A DNA stretch of 64,000 nucleotides from Eledone cirrhosa. Lineage: Eukaryota. The position numbers and the translations under genes were made by a program. The stretch's first letter is position 1. Every line of letters begins with the position of its first letter. Below are positions 1-13,097 of this stretch, piece by piece. The notes under the pieces are model-generated. The model was not told the origin of the DNA. It saw nothing but the letters and a program-made list of their open reading frames with translations, and searched no databases. The DNA is taken from NCBI GenBank assembly GCA_964016885.1, contig OZ024740.1, positions 213,342,001 through 213,406,000 on the forward strand. The letters run 5' to 3'.

Positions 1-547
1 CTCCTGGCCCTTACTGGCTCTCACCTTATCGGCCACAGACACAGCCAGACAGCCAGACATTAAGCAGCACCCTTAAGACGAATAATGTATTCTAAGAATA
101 GACACACACACACACAGTAAGTCCATATTGATTACATTCTACGCTTATTCTATTCTCCCGTATCACTGTGAGATTGTAACATCGTATTGATACATACATT
201 CACGCTAGCTCGAGTAGCTAGCAAATTAATGTCGGAATAATTCATGTCATAAATATTATTACTCGATGTTCAAAGTGAGTATTGTTATTATAAAATAAAC
301 GTTGTTAACTCAATCATGGCATTATCCTTTTCAACAAACTACCATACAAAGAATATCAATAATCTGCTACACCTGCATTTCTATATTTTCCTTTTCAACT
401 GAAGCACATTGGTTTATAGCATTTTTGTCTTTATTTGTGTAATTCGCAGAAAAGCACAACTTTTTCTGTCTCCCGGTTTTGTTGCATTCCAATCTGTACT
501 GGAACGAATAGAATCAACCTTCAATTACTGAAACTATAGTTATTCAG

Positions 548-665
548 AAGGTGCGTGGGTTATTGGTTATAGAATTGGATTAGCAATCGTGAGGTTGTGA
601 GTTCGATTCTCGGACCGGGTGATGCGTTATATCATTGAGCAAGATACTTTATTTCACGTTGTTCG
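548..665 (+). mobile_element. tRNA-headed SINE family A, degenerate copy
   Basis: A/B-box-like head (gagttcgattc) plus ttgagcaagatactttatttcac core shared with 12668, 39200, 47505, 47950 and 51270. Confidence 0.7.
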
Positions 666-999
666 TATTAGCAATTGGGAAGACTAATGGAAATATTGTT
701 TTGACGAAAGTCGATCGAATGTCGATAGTTATTCCCAGAGGTTTACTGACGAAAAAGGAGTGTTTGTTTTTCCGTTGTCTTATGTAATTTACCTAGAAAA
801 GAACACCTAATGACAGAAGCATCATCGTAATTCAGAGACGGATTTAATGGAGGGCAAAGGGAGAAATTGTATCGGGTTCCCTCCCCAAAAAAACTGAAGT
901 GCCTTGGGCCCCAAAAGGTCTAAATTCGGTCCTGATTATAGAAAGATCTGAGGAAGATGAAAAACATGCGATGGTCGAATACATTCACTGATAATCACT

Positions 1000-1610
1000 T
1001 TACCTTTGACGACAAAACAATGTACAGCTTGTTCAAACAGGTGTTGGGTCTTTACCAATCAACTATTGATCCTCTCTGCTCTGAAGACGGGTCCATTTTG
1101 CTTAGTGATAATTAAGTCTGAAGTGATCCTCTTTCATAACAACATCCACAATAGATGAAGGGTCAGAAGACCTTCTTCGACACAATGTTATCAAAGAAAT
1201 AGACAACAGTTCTAATATAGAATTAAAATCTATTATTACCCAGGTGGATTGGCAGTATCGGTAGAGGGTCGGGCGCCATGCTTTGCAGCATTGAGTTACG
1301 ACTCTTTATGGTCTAAGTTCAAATCCCGCTGAAATTAACTTTGCCTTTCATCCTTACGAGGTGGATAAAATAAGTACCGGTAATGCACTGGGATAATTGT
1401 TGGCCTTGTGCCAACAGTAGAAACAATTATTGCTCAGACCAATTCAGGTAAAACACCAAGAATATACGACATACCTGTTGGGGTTATTAAACATGATAAG
1501 AATGTAATGGCTGATCTTGTGACCTCGCTGATCGTCAACGAGTGGAATGTGTCACTGATTCAACAATACTGTGATTCTGTGGTAATTTTCCTGGTATTTC
1601 CTTACTGGTA
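1000..1610 (+). mobile_element. Decayed RTE (BovB-like) LINE fragment interrupted by a SINE
   Basis: Translations MYSLFKQVLG..PLCSEDGSILL and SGKTPRIYDIP..EWNV resemble the RTE linker and RT start (GKAPGxDGIP). Confidence 0.5.
1243..1431 (+). mobile_element. tRNA-headed SINE family B
   Basis: Core aactttgcctttcatcc..gataaaataagtacc (resembles the MetaSINE central domain, from memory); copies at 2140-2323(-), 3862-4647, 11710-11890(-), 46080-46225(-), 49430-49585(-), 49730-49930(-). Confidence 0.8.
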
Positions 1611-1992
1611 AAAGTTGGGAAGATATTCATCAGATTCTTACTGGATCACCTACAGACACACCTATGACCTATTATTGTCGAGGGGATCTCAATGTAGATT
1701 TAGATCGGGTAGAGGAATCACGTATACTGTATATACTCCAACATAAGTCGAAGAATTTCTGACCCCCAAATATCGATAGTAGAATGAGAATCTGGCTTAT
1801 ATACACCATCTAAAAAATGTGTTCATTAGCTGCCTTCGTTTATAAATGGTGTTTGGTTATTCGCCTATTTTTTATACTTTTTCTTTTTCTTCTTCGTCGT
1901 TGTCGTCGTGGCGGCAGAATTCTCAAACACTCCTTCCAACGGGTCCTTTCAGAAGCAACCATCTCCAACTGATCCGGCTGGATCCCCAAACG

Positions 1993-2120
1993 AGGAGAAG
2001 AAGAAGAAGAAGAAGAAGAAGAAGAAGAAGAAGAAGAAGAAGAAGAAGAAGGTAAGAAGAAAAGAAGAAAAGAAAAAAAGAAAAAAAGAAGAAAAGAAAG
2101 GAAGAAAAGAAGAAGAAAAC
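1993..2120. repeat. (GAA)n microsatellite / purine tract
   Basis: Direct observation. Confidence 0.95.
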
Positions 2121-2369
2121 TAAATTAAGTGAAAAATAAATGTTTCTACTTTTGGCACAAGGCCAGCAATTACCTAGTACATTACTGGTACTTTATTTTA
2201 TCGACCCCGTAAGGATGAAAGGCAAAGTTAACCTCGGTGGGAGTTGAACTCAGAATGGCAAGGGCCGTAACTCTATGCGTCAAAGCATGGCGTCCGACCC
2301 TCTACCGATACTGCCAATTCACCAAATAATAAACAATAAAAAGAATTCTAATGCAAGGGAGAAAACTCA

Positions 2370-3344
2370 GGCGTTTTTCCTTACTATACATATTTTACAA
2401 ATGTGAATTAAAACTTGAAATCGGGTGAAAGTAATATTTTAAAAAATTAAAAAGTGGGGGATAATGAAACACAAAAAAGTGGGCGATAGACGTATATGAC
2501 GGACAGTGTTTAAGGTGCTGTAGTGGCACAAACCTTCAACCTGGAAAAAAAAAAAGATTTGGCATGTTAGCTTATAACAATATCAAGAGTATATTCGAAT
2601 GACTGACAGTTACTTAAGTCAATTAAAAGTAGACCTGTCAACTCTCCCCGTCCGGCGAGGAGATCTTCCACCCACTTTGGGGTGGGCGAGAGATGTCTTC
2701 TCTTGTGAAAATGTGTATAGCTTTCATTGTGTAAAATCTCCCCATTTTGCCTCATTTCTCCCCGTTTTGGTGCACTTTTTTTCATGGTACTCCCGTTTGG
2801 GTTTTTAGAGGTTGAGAGGTCCGTAAAAGAGCATGAAAAGAAATAGTCTCTAATCTTCTTGAGTGTATCTCGTACAAAGGGTAAGACAATCTGGTCTCTT
2901 CCCATCAACTCTCGACAATTCAGCCGGTCCTGGAATTGAGGGGATATTCGAGAGAGAAATAAACGAGGTTAAGTTAAGGTTCTCCAGCTTAAAGATAGTT
3001 ATTAACTCAGAACTGCTGACTATATTTTTTAGCCTGTGGCGTTTGAGAAGTTTGGGGGAGTTGGGCCCCTGACTACGAACTTCTTGTCACCGTTAGCGGC
3101 TCGGCTTACCGAGGTGTCAGGTGCTTGATTGTTTCAGCGCCTTAGCCTTGATATTGTTATAATAAGCTAACAGGTTGAAGGTTTGAGCCACTACAGCACT
3201 TTAAACACTGTCCGTCATATACGCCTATCACCCACTTTTTTGTATTTCATTATCCCCCACTTTTTAATTTTTTTAAATATTACTTTCACCCGATTTCAAG
3301 TTTCAATTCACATTTGTGAAATATGTATAGTAAGGAAAAACGCC
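2370..3344. mobile_element. About 975-bp element with ~200-bp inverted terminal arms (possible Penelope-like relic)
   Basis: 2370-2587 is the diverged reverse complement of ~3147-3344; no TSD; interior minus-strand peptide IVLPFVRDTLKKIRDYF. Confidence 0.6.
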
Positions 3345-4135
3345 ACCACCCGCGGTAGTATTATGAGCATGTTTGTTTGCCCCAAAAATTTTCGTTGACG
3401 CACTTAGTGTTGAATTGATGCGTATTTCCCTCGCTTTGATCATATATTTGTGTGGATTATATTTATAAGGTTCCAAGCAATAATTTATTTGTTATAGGTG
3501 TTGATATTTTCATTCCTTGAGAAGTATTTATATTATATACTAGATATACTACATATTATGTATGTCTATATTTTCATTCTGTAAGAAATATATTATCTTT
3601 TGCTCTGGTGTTGGCTCCGTTGTTCACCCCTTCCTTTACATTTTCTTTAATATTGTAACATTAAAAGAATATATCTTTCTGAAAGAATCGCGAGCTATTT
3701 ATAATGTTGTCTTAGCATTTGTAATGTTATTTTATGTATATATTTAAAACGTATTTGTTATGTTATTCTACTGTAAATTTATTTATTAATATTTTCATCC
3801 TGAAAGAATTGTAAACGATTTGTAATGTATATTATATTATTATATTCAATAGAAAAGTAATAATTGTTTCTACTATAGGCACAAGGCCAGCAATTTGAAG
3901 GGGAGGAGAAAGTCGAGTAAATCGAACCAGTGCATTACTGGTACTTTATTTTATCGGTCTCGTAAGGATGAAAGACAAAGTTAACTTCAGTGGAATTCGA
4001 ACTCGCCGAAGTTAACTTTGCCTTTCATCCTTACGGGGTCGATAAAATAAAGTACCAGTAATGCACTGAGGTCGATTTACTCGACTATCTCCTCCCCTTC
4101 AAATTGCTGGCCTTGTGCCTATAGTAGAAACAATT

Positions 4136-4559
4136 GGCATACGTCAAAATGGCCGGTCTCAAATGTGAAACTAATTTTTGACAGTTACGTACACGTTATA
4201 AGAGTTATTTAAATTTATATATATAAAATAAAGGAGCAAATAAGAGCATGATATGAAGTCAGTCATGTGTGTGTAAACAAATGTAAAAGAATATATGTAG
4301 GGCATAGATAAGGTTTCCTAGAATTTTACACACACACACATATATACACACACACGTGTATATATTATAGTGTGTATGTGTGCATATATAAGTGTATATG
4401 TGTGTGTACTTTTACATTCGTTTACACACACACACACGTATATACACACACACATGACTGACTTCATATCATGCTCTTAAATTTAAATAACTCTTATAAC
4501 GTGTGCGTAACTGTCAAAAATTAGTTTCACTTTTGAGACCGGCCGTTTTGACGTATGCC
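4136..4559. mobile_element. Mutator-like foldback MITE with 9-bp TSD
   Basis: Long TIRs GGCATACGTCAAAA.../...TTTTGACGTATGCC; GAAACAATT duplicated at 4127-4135 and 4560-4568. Confidence 0.85.
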
Positions 4560-5569
4560 GAAACAATTATTACTTTTCTATAAAGGGACGTAACTCTATG
4601 CCCCAAAGCAGGTTGTCCGGTGTTCTACCGATTCTGCCAGTTCACCTGATATTCTTTGGTTATAGAACACTCCCTCCTTCGATTTTTCCTCGTTTCTTTT
4701 CTTTTTTTGTGCGTGTGTGTACTTATCAACTACTCCGACCTCCAAGATACTCGCAATCGACTTTTTTCTAAGAAAATGGAGGTGGGTTCCCTCTCCACCA
4801 ATTCAATTGCTCCTTCTTCGGAGTTTTCTCTACGATTTTTTTTTCCCGCGTGTTATCAACGACTATGACCTCCAAAACCAGTCGGAAACTACTAGCTTTG
4901 GGAAAAGGGGACGGAAACATCATCGGAGTTTCTCACATCTACCCTCCCCCACCCTCCTCGCGTTTGGTGGGAATTAATTAGTCTTCTTCGTATGTTATCA
5001 ACTGATCTGGAGTAAAAAGTCGATTGCTAGCATCTAGGAGGATAAATTAATTGACAGCATACGAAAAAAAAAAAAAAAAAAAAATGTTGTTCCCACAGAA
5101 ACCGAAAATAATTACCTGCTTACATACTTAATAACGTAGAAATATGGAATGTGAGTACATAGACATTATCGCACAACCTGTTTAGTGAGATGTTCAAGAA
5201 CATTTTAATTTTAACGTGAAGGAAAAAGGGCGACAACTTTGACCTTTACTGGTTACTATCATATCAACCACTGACTGGTGAGCTCGCTTAAGTTAATGTA
5301 TGTAGGGTGGAATTTCCAGAGAACTGAGTGTTTCCAAGGAGGAGATTGAAGACTGAAATAAAGTAATTTAAGATGTATGTATGTATGTATGTTTTTTTAT
5401 GTCGAAGTTAACCCAGTTTCCTGAGTTGCCTTCTCACAGAAGAATGCCCTGACAAGGGCTAGGTCCTTCACTCCCAGTGGTTTAACTGCGCGATCGGGTT
5501 TCCAGCCCGACTATTTCTATGTCTCCGCGCATAAAAAAAAAAAAAACACTTATTGACACTCATACGTAC

Positions 5570-5660
5570 GACATACACACACGCACACATACATACGCGC
5601 GCACACACCAACACTCATGCATACAAACAAACACACACGCTACTCACTCACACACACACG

Positions 5661-5740
<80 letters not shown>
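5570..5740. repeat. (CA)n microsatellite
   Basis: Direct observation. Confidence 0.95.
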
Positions 5741-5744
<4 letters not shown>

Positions 5745-5859
5745 TACCGTCATTACTGATACAAGATTATGTCAACTGTTGACTTTCGAAAGAGTTCGTA
5801 TAATTGAAGCCGTTCGTGTTACCGTTCAGTATTATTATAATTGCTTTACAGCATAGAAC

Positions 5860-6812
5860 TATGGCCCTCCACGATACAGCAACCTTGATAATGAAATCCC
5901 ACTCAGGATTAGGAAAGCAAGTGATGCTTTCGGAAAGCTAGAAAGGCGACTCTGGGGTCGGCGAGACATATGCAAGAAGACAAAGGTAAAGGTGTACAAG
6001 GCATGTGTGCTCTCTTCTCTTCTTTATGCCCGCGAGACATGGGTCACATATCGACACCACATTAAGCAATTGGAGCGTTTCCATCAGATGTGTCTCAGAC
6101 GGATCCATGGCGTTCGCTGGAGGGACCACATCAGTGATGTCGAGATTTTGGAAAGCTCTATGTGTGACAGTATAGAAGCCCTTGTGCTTAAGCAACGACT
6201 CCGTTGGAGTGGTCACCTTGCCAGGATGAAGGATTCTAGAATACCAAAACTACTCTTTTATGGAGAGTTAGTTAGAGTAAAACGACCACCACATAAACCA
6301 AAAAAAGAGGTATAAGGATTCCCTGAAAGCCTCTTTGAAAGACGCTAAGATCTGTGCTGATACATGGGAAAATGTTGCTGATGATCGTAATAAATGGAGA
6401 AAGACTGTATATGAGGGGAAAGTTGCCTTTGAGGCATCTCGAATCGCATACGAGAAAGTAAAGCGGGATGTGAGGAAGAGCATTACTGTTGCATTTCCAG
6501 ACGGCGAAGGTCCTCCTATGGTGTTGACATGCAACGTCTGTGCGAGACTCTGCCTAAGAAAAGCTGGACTCGAAAGTCATCTTCGAAGTCATAAAGTGAG
6601 ACCAGTGGTTGACTACCAGGCTGCTGTTGGAGATGCTACTCATCATGCTTGCCAAGCATGTGGTAGAGAATGTAAATCAGCAGGAGGGCTCAAACGACAT
6701 GCAAAAGTACATGAACTCCAACCACAACCGGCTATTCCCAGTGAATGTTTTGGTTGCCAAATCTGTGCAAGACATTTTAGGTGATTGGCTGGGCTAAAAA
6801 GCCACATTCGAG
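5860..6812 (+). mobile_element. RTE (BovB-like) LINE 3' fragment with three C-terminal C2H2 zinc fingers, frameshifted
   Basis: VYKACVLSSLLY..ETW, RLRWSGHLARM..RIPKLLFYGEL, CNVCARLC..GLESH, CQACGREC..GLKRH, CQICARHF..GLKSH. Confidence 0.85.
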
Positions 6813-6879
6813 CGCTGTTAATTGCTATCGTGTGTGTGTATATATATATTATTATTGTTGCTGTTGTTGTCGTTATTAT

Positions 6880-8440
6880 TTTCGGCCCTGTCTTCAGAAG
6901 CTGGATCGCTGCAATGCACAGCGGCACACGCTCGGTGGTCAAGGCTATTCCCAATGAATGTTTTGGTTGCCAAATCTGTGCAAGACATTTTAGGTGATTG
7001 GCTGGGCCACCTCTCGGAACCATTTCGGCTCTCCCGATCGGTCCGTCAAGGGTGCCCTCTCTCTTCCCAAAAATGGGCTGGGAGGAAGCTATCACTGAAA
7101 GGTCGCGTGGAGGTGGCGAATGTGTACATCGCGTCCGTCATCTACTACCGCCTGACCGCCGTGCCTTGCCCCCGTCCACGCCTCGTCAAGTTGGAACGGC
7201 TCCTCTTCAAATCCTTGTGGAGGGGACAAGTTCCGTTGGTGAGGCGGTTCATCTGCTGCCAGCACCCTCTACGCGGAGGGCTGGGCATGCCGTGGCTAAT
7301 GATGCGCAGACATGCGTTGAGGCTGCGACATCTCCAGATATTCTGCCTAAACGGTGAACAGGTGTGGTCGCCGTTTATCAGACGGGCCTTTCCGCGGCTC
7401 ATTTCTTTGACTGAGCTGCAGTGCTGGGTCAAGAAGAGACCGAGACTGGGTGACTGGCACCTGGAATGTTGCCAGGCACTCACTGCCCTCTACCAAGTGG
7501 GCAATGTGATCAGTGGAACTTCCACTCTCGAGTTCTATAGAGGATTAGTGGTGGGCAAGTGCGATGACGCACTCGGAGAAGCTTTGGGCCTCGACGAAGT
7601 CGAACTGACCAGTCTGTACCGGAGGACTTTCGAGCCGGGTACGATGGATAATTTCTAGAAATCCCTCGCTTGGCAGTGCTACCGGGGGGGGGGGGGGGGA
7701 GCACTGCCAGTTCGGGATAAACTCTACAGGCACGGAAGTGCTGTCAGACGGACTTGCCCAAGATGCGCACAGAACGACGAAACCGTTCTGCACGCACTTG
7801 TCCAATGTCCGTGCATTACTGACTTGTGGAGTTATGTCGAACAACTACTGTCGCGTGTGGAACGAATCCGTCCATAGTGAAGATCGATCCACCACCTTCC
7901 TTAAGTCAGGAAGAGCAGGAAATTTTCCTCTGTCTGGTGGCAGTTGCGAAAGAGGTTATATGGTGGACCAGATTAAAAGGACTGAAGACAGACACTTTTC
8001 TCTTAGGCCAATCCCTCATCAACTTCTTCAAGTTTCACCTGGAAAGGAGGGTGAGGGTGGAGAGAGAAGTGCTGCCCCCCAGTACATTTGCTAAAAGGTG
8101 GATGAATGTGGCGAGAATGGCCCGTGTGAATGGGCCTACTCTGACCATGCACCTATAGGCTAGCTAACTTGAGGAGAGGGGTGCTCTCCCTGGGTGCCCT
8201 AGAAGCGTAGGGTGGTTCAGGATTGGTGGGGTACCCGAGTCACCCCAGGGTCGTCCACCCCCTATTGGGGAATTTATTTTGTTATATTTATGCATAGTTT
8301 ATTTTATATTTTTATATCTTCATTGTTAAATTAAATTAGTCTTGCCATTGTGCACTTTTACTCGACCTTATTGTAAACCCCCACTGTCCCTGTCTTTGTA
8401 TTATCCCCTACATGACGGCCTTGTGGCTAATAAATGAAAT
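6880..8440 (+). mobile_element. Tx1/L1-clade LINE 3' fragment, internally deleted
   Basis: FGPVFRSWI, SVRQGCPLS, KLSLKGR, GGLG, CPRC..ETVLHALVQC zinc knuckle; ends ccttgtggctaataaa. Confidence 0.85.
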
Positions 8441-10579
8441 CGGGGGGGGGGGGGTCGATAAAATGAAGTCGATGTAATCGACTTTCCCCTCCCCAAAAAT
8501 TGTTGACCTTGTGCCTAAATGAGAAACCCTTATATAATCGATGTGGTGTGTGGTCTTAAAGCTGAATCTGATACTTGGTATCAAATGTACCGTATATACT
8601 AGAATATAATACCCCACTAGATCTACCTCTCCAACCTCGATGCATGCCCCCCCCCCCCCCCCCCCCCAGCACACACAGTAAAGTGGTCATGTAGGTGTCA
8701 TGACAAAAAGCACCCAGCACACACTGTAAAGTGGTCATGTAGGTGTCACGACAAAAAGCACTCAGTCCACACTGTAACATGGTCATATAGGAAAAGCTGC
8801 ATATAATGTCATGTGATGAAAGAAATGTTAGATAAACAGGAGAGGTGGACATCACATGATATTGAAATAGCCAATGCCCTACCTCCAGCCAATCTAAATA
8901 ACTTCAGCAGAGTAAATTCTAAGGTCACCCACAGTCTGGCCAATAGAATTTAAAGGGATAAAAGCAGTGTTGATGGTCAAAAGTATAAAGTCATGTGTAA
9001 TAGACAGCAGCGAAATGGAGAGGAATTGTAACCAGCAAACTTTAAAGTATAAAGCCTATTATAGTAGCTGAGTGAGATAAAGATGGTGACATAGATAAAC
9101 CACACTGAAGATTTGTCAGTGAGAAACATGGCTATCATTGTTGAATGATATCCCAGCTTTGTCTCCAGTTAATCAATTGAAGATTGCTTGATTTGCTTTT
9201 TAATTATAGTATTCTGACTAAATAGAATGACCAAATGAGGTTTATTTTTCACCATAGTCGCTGGAAAGAAACAATGCAGTTATTAATAAGAAGAGTTGAA
9301 ATTAATGTCATGTAAGATTTCACAGCTCTCACATCACTCCTTCATAGTTAGTCTCTGACTTTTCAGCTGACCCTTGTAAATAGAAGTAACACACTTCTCT
9401 TTTTTAGCTTCACAGAAAATGCATTGTATTCTTCGACAGTACACTTTACTCTACATTACCCCATTTCACTTGTTTCTTGGCAATAGGTATTAGATCATCT
9501 GGACATGTTACTTACCATAGTCTGTTCGTATAGAGCAGTTCTAATCCTCTTGACACCATGAAACTGGAATTAAACACAGGCTTTCAGGTGGAGGTTATAA
9601 AACACCTACTTGTTATGCTGACGTAAGATGTCGTACTTAACATACAATTCCCACTTAAAAGATATATAATTGTTATCTTACAGCTATACTAGAGTGTGAA
9701 GCAATGATGTAGAAACTCCCTTATTTGTTCAGGTTAATACATAGTTATCATTTGATGTTAATATTTGAAGACATCTGATGACCTAGTTCTTATAACCAAA
9801 TCTGTGAAGGATCTATAAAATAAATTCCAGTTGGGGAGTCAAAACCTAAAATTGTGTGATGCCTGCATCAGAATTGAATGTAGAGTATATGTGAAAGCTA
9901 GGGAGAAACGCATCAAGTAAACTCCATATGATGTATAATGCTAGTGTGTTTGAATGACAGACAAAGCATGAATGAACTGAGAGAAAAACTGAGCAGGAAT
10001 CAGATGTAGCGTATGGTTGTTGGGCAAAGAAGTGGCAAGAGTTCTAAATGAAAGAAAATCGTGGATGGGGAAAACCAAGATGGAGGGGCTGAAGTGACTC
10101 GGGTCCTCCAAGGTCAAAATACAACCCTGGGCAGAGGTGGGGAAAACTGATTGAAAAAAAAAAGGAAAGAAACAAGTCAAGTGGACATGTCTGTTCTGTG
10201 AAAGTAACTAAAATATATCTTAGTTCAATGGTTTCTAATAGGCGTTATGGTAACGGCAAGTCCTAGTATGTCAAATGAAGAGTATCTTCTAAGTGGAAGT
10301 TAAACATGGGGTGAGAAGTTGTGTTGAAATATCTCTTTTTACTGTGGCTATGGCAGGACACCACCTTCAATGGAAAGTGATGAAAGAATCCCACACCCCA
10401 CCTAAAAAAAAGGGTTTTAATAAATTAGTTTTAAACAAAACTATTAAACAGCTGAGTCCATACATAGTCACTTGACCTGCTAGAAATATCAACCACAACT
10501 ATTAAATCACAACACTGCCTTCAAGAAAAAGGACACAGCAATCTTTATGTTTAGCTTCTAAAAAGTGGCTCATCTTACT

Positions 10580-11045
10580 GAAGTATCAGGTGAGACACGT
10601 GAAGGGTGTTTGGCTACTTCAGTGTCTCAGCCGTGCTATCATTTGTGGTAGTGTTGTATTTTGGGCTACTTCAAAAATGTTCAGAGGGCAGCACTAGCAT
10701 TCTCCATTGTATCATGTAACTAAGTGAGTATGTACATCTTTCTTGTTTTTTCTAATTAATTTCTATAGATATTTGGAGGAGCTGGACAACTGACAACAAA
10801 TTTCTTATCAACTTTGGTGGGTTGCCTTACTGAGGTATCAGGTGATGCCCTTGAGGGTGCTTGGGTGTTCCAGCACCTTAGCCATGCCATCACCTGGCCT
10901 TACCAAAGTGTCAGATTATACCTGTAAGGGTGCTTTGTTGTTCCAGCGCCTTAGCCATGCCATCACCCGGCCTTACAAAGATATCAGGTGATGCCCTTGA
11001 GGGTGCTTGGGTGTTCCAGCACCTTAGCCATGCCATCACCTGCGA
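10580..11045. repeat. Imperfect ~72-bp repeats (gtatcaggtgatgcccttgagggtgcttgggtgttccagcaccttagccatgccatcacc), 3 tandem plus 1 diverged copy
   Basis: Copies near 10583, 10835, 10908, 10981. Confidence 0.8.
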
Positions 11046-11966
11046 TAATGCTACCAGTGTGTTGGCTTGCCTCAAAAAGTATTTAAAAAAAAGGTTCCAG
11101 CACCCCTTGTGGTGTCTGACCGATTGACACACATTACTAAGTGTTGACTTAATATTTTCTTTCATTTTGATTCTATATTTTCATGTGAAATATTTATGTA
11201 ATTAAGTATTAGAGATATATATGTGTATGTGTTGACTTTTGACAGCTATGGCATGTGTTTGTAATTTCAAACTATTTATATTGTCATCATATTTGTTTTG
11301 AAAAAAATGTGAACTTGACTATTATATCATTTCATTGTTATTAATATATTTCTTTTCTAAAACATTCAGAATATAATTGTGTTTATTTACTTATTTATAA
11401 CGATATTGATTTAAGGGTAAAAACAAACAACTTGTAATTTTTTAAATAACAACATATGAACAAATTAAAATATATATTTTTTAAAAAGTATGTTTTTATT
11501 AAATAATATATATATATACATAAATAACATTACAAATTGCTCAAAATTCTTTCAGAATAACATTACAAATATAATGTCGTTCATAAATACAAATATGAAC
11601 ACATATAACAAATACAATTAACCATTGCTAGGAACAAACTTAGAATTTGGTTTTTCGCTCTAACGTAGCGGATACGTAAATGCATTGGTGAGTTTTATAT
11701 TGAATAATAATTGTTTCTACTTTAGACACAAGGCCAGCAATTACCCAGTGCATTACTGGTACTTTATTTTATCGACCCCGTAAGGATGAAAGGCAAAGTC
11801 AACCTCGGCGGGATTTGAACTCAGATCGTAAAGGGAAGTAACTATGCTGGAAAGCATGGCGTCCGACCCTCTACCGATACTGCCAATCCAATAATAATAA
11901 TCAATTCGTTTGCAAGCAAACAGCCTCATTGCCCTATATGTTTTAGATGACCATGATAATCTAAAA

Positions 11967-13066
11967 CAAAGGTTCTCAACCCATTTCGGCCAAACGCCCC
12001 CTTTTGCCCCTCAAAATCACGAAACGCCCCCTTACCCTATTTTTCCATTTTTCAATATACTACTGATTTTAATATCAGTAGATTACTGGGCCAAATCAAG
12101 TTATGTTAGAATCTTTAAAAAATACTCGTACGAATTAAATATAAAAAAGTTTCAGTCCAAAACAAAAGCAAGCTATTTCAAATTATATATTTTAAAAAAA
12201 TGATGTGAATGTTCTCAAAGATTTGATCTCAGTTGAAAAAGCTTTTTTTTTTAAATTCTATATTTCACTGTTAGCTGTTGTAATATTTTGAGTGGATAGA
12301 CAATTCTACAATTTAAACTGTAAAGTCAAAATACAAAAGATGCAAAATATGAAGAAATTCTTACCTTTCTCTTGAATCACAAACTCAAGGGAAAAATAGT
12401 ACCTTGCAAAATAAAGTGCCTCGATCACAAACTAAGTTGCAATGAATGAATTGAGATACTTGGTGACAGTGAACAAATATCTGTATCCCTTATATATAGA
12501 TATACATAGATAGATACACACACACACAAACAAACTTGTGTGTGTCTGTGTGTGCCTTGTTTTTGGTACAGAAAGAATTTTGTCTCCAGTTTTTATTGCC
12601 GGGTCAAAGGCCACTGCTCTTTTCAACAACATCAAATAACAACGCCATATATATATATATAAATGAAGGCGCATGGCTTAATGGTTAGAGCATTGGGCTT
12701 GCAATCGAAAGGTTGTGAGTTCAATTCTCAGACCAGGTGATGTGTTGTTTCCTTGACCAAGACACTTTATTTCACATTGCTCCAGTTTACTCAGCTGTAG
12801 AAATGAGATGATAGAACTAGGGGTCCCTATCATTCCACTGCAAAAGTGGTCGTGGAGGTGCCACAGCAAAAAAGCACCCAGCCCACACTGTAAAGTGGAC
12901 GTGTAGGCACCACGGAAAAAAAGCACCCAGCACTCACTTTAAATGAGGTTGGTGTTAGGAAGGGCATCCAGCTGTAGAAATCAAGCCAGAATCAGTTCCT
13001 GTCCCACCCTTGCAAGCAGGGAAAAGCGGACGTAAAATGATGATGATATATATATATATGTGTATA

Positions 13067-13097
<31 letters not shown>

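Noticed and set aside
1846-2123. Poly-Arg/poly-Lys ORFs (also the His-Thr ORFs at 5519-5856)
   Set aside because: (GAA)n and (CA)n microsatellite translations
6335-6812. Host C2H2 zinc-finger gene
   Set aside because: The fingers are the C-terminus of a frameshifted RTE ORF containing a premature stop
12668-12745. tRNA-like sequence
   Set aside because: SINE head continuing into a repeated core; no intact cloverleaf
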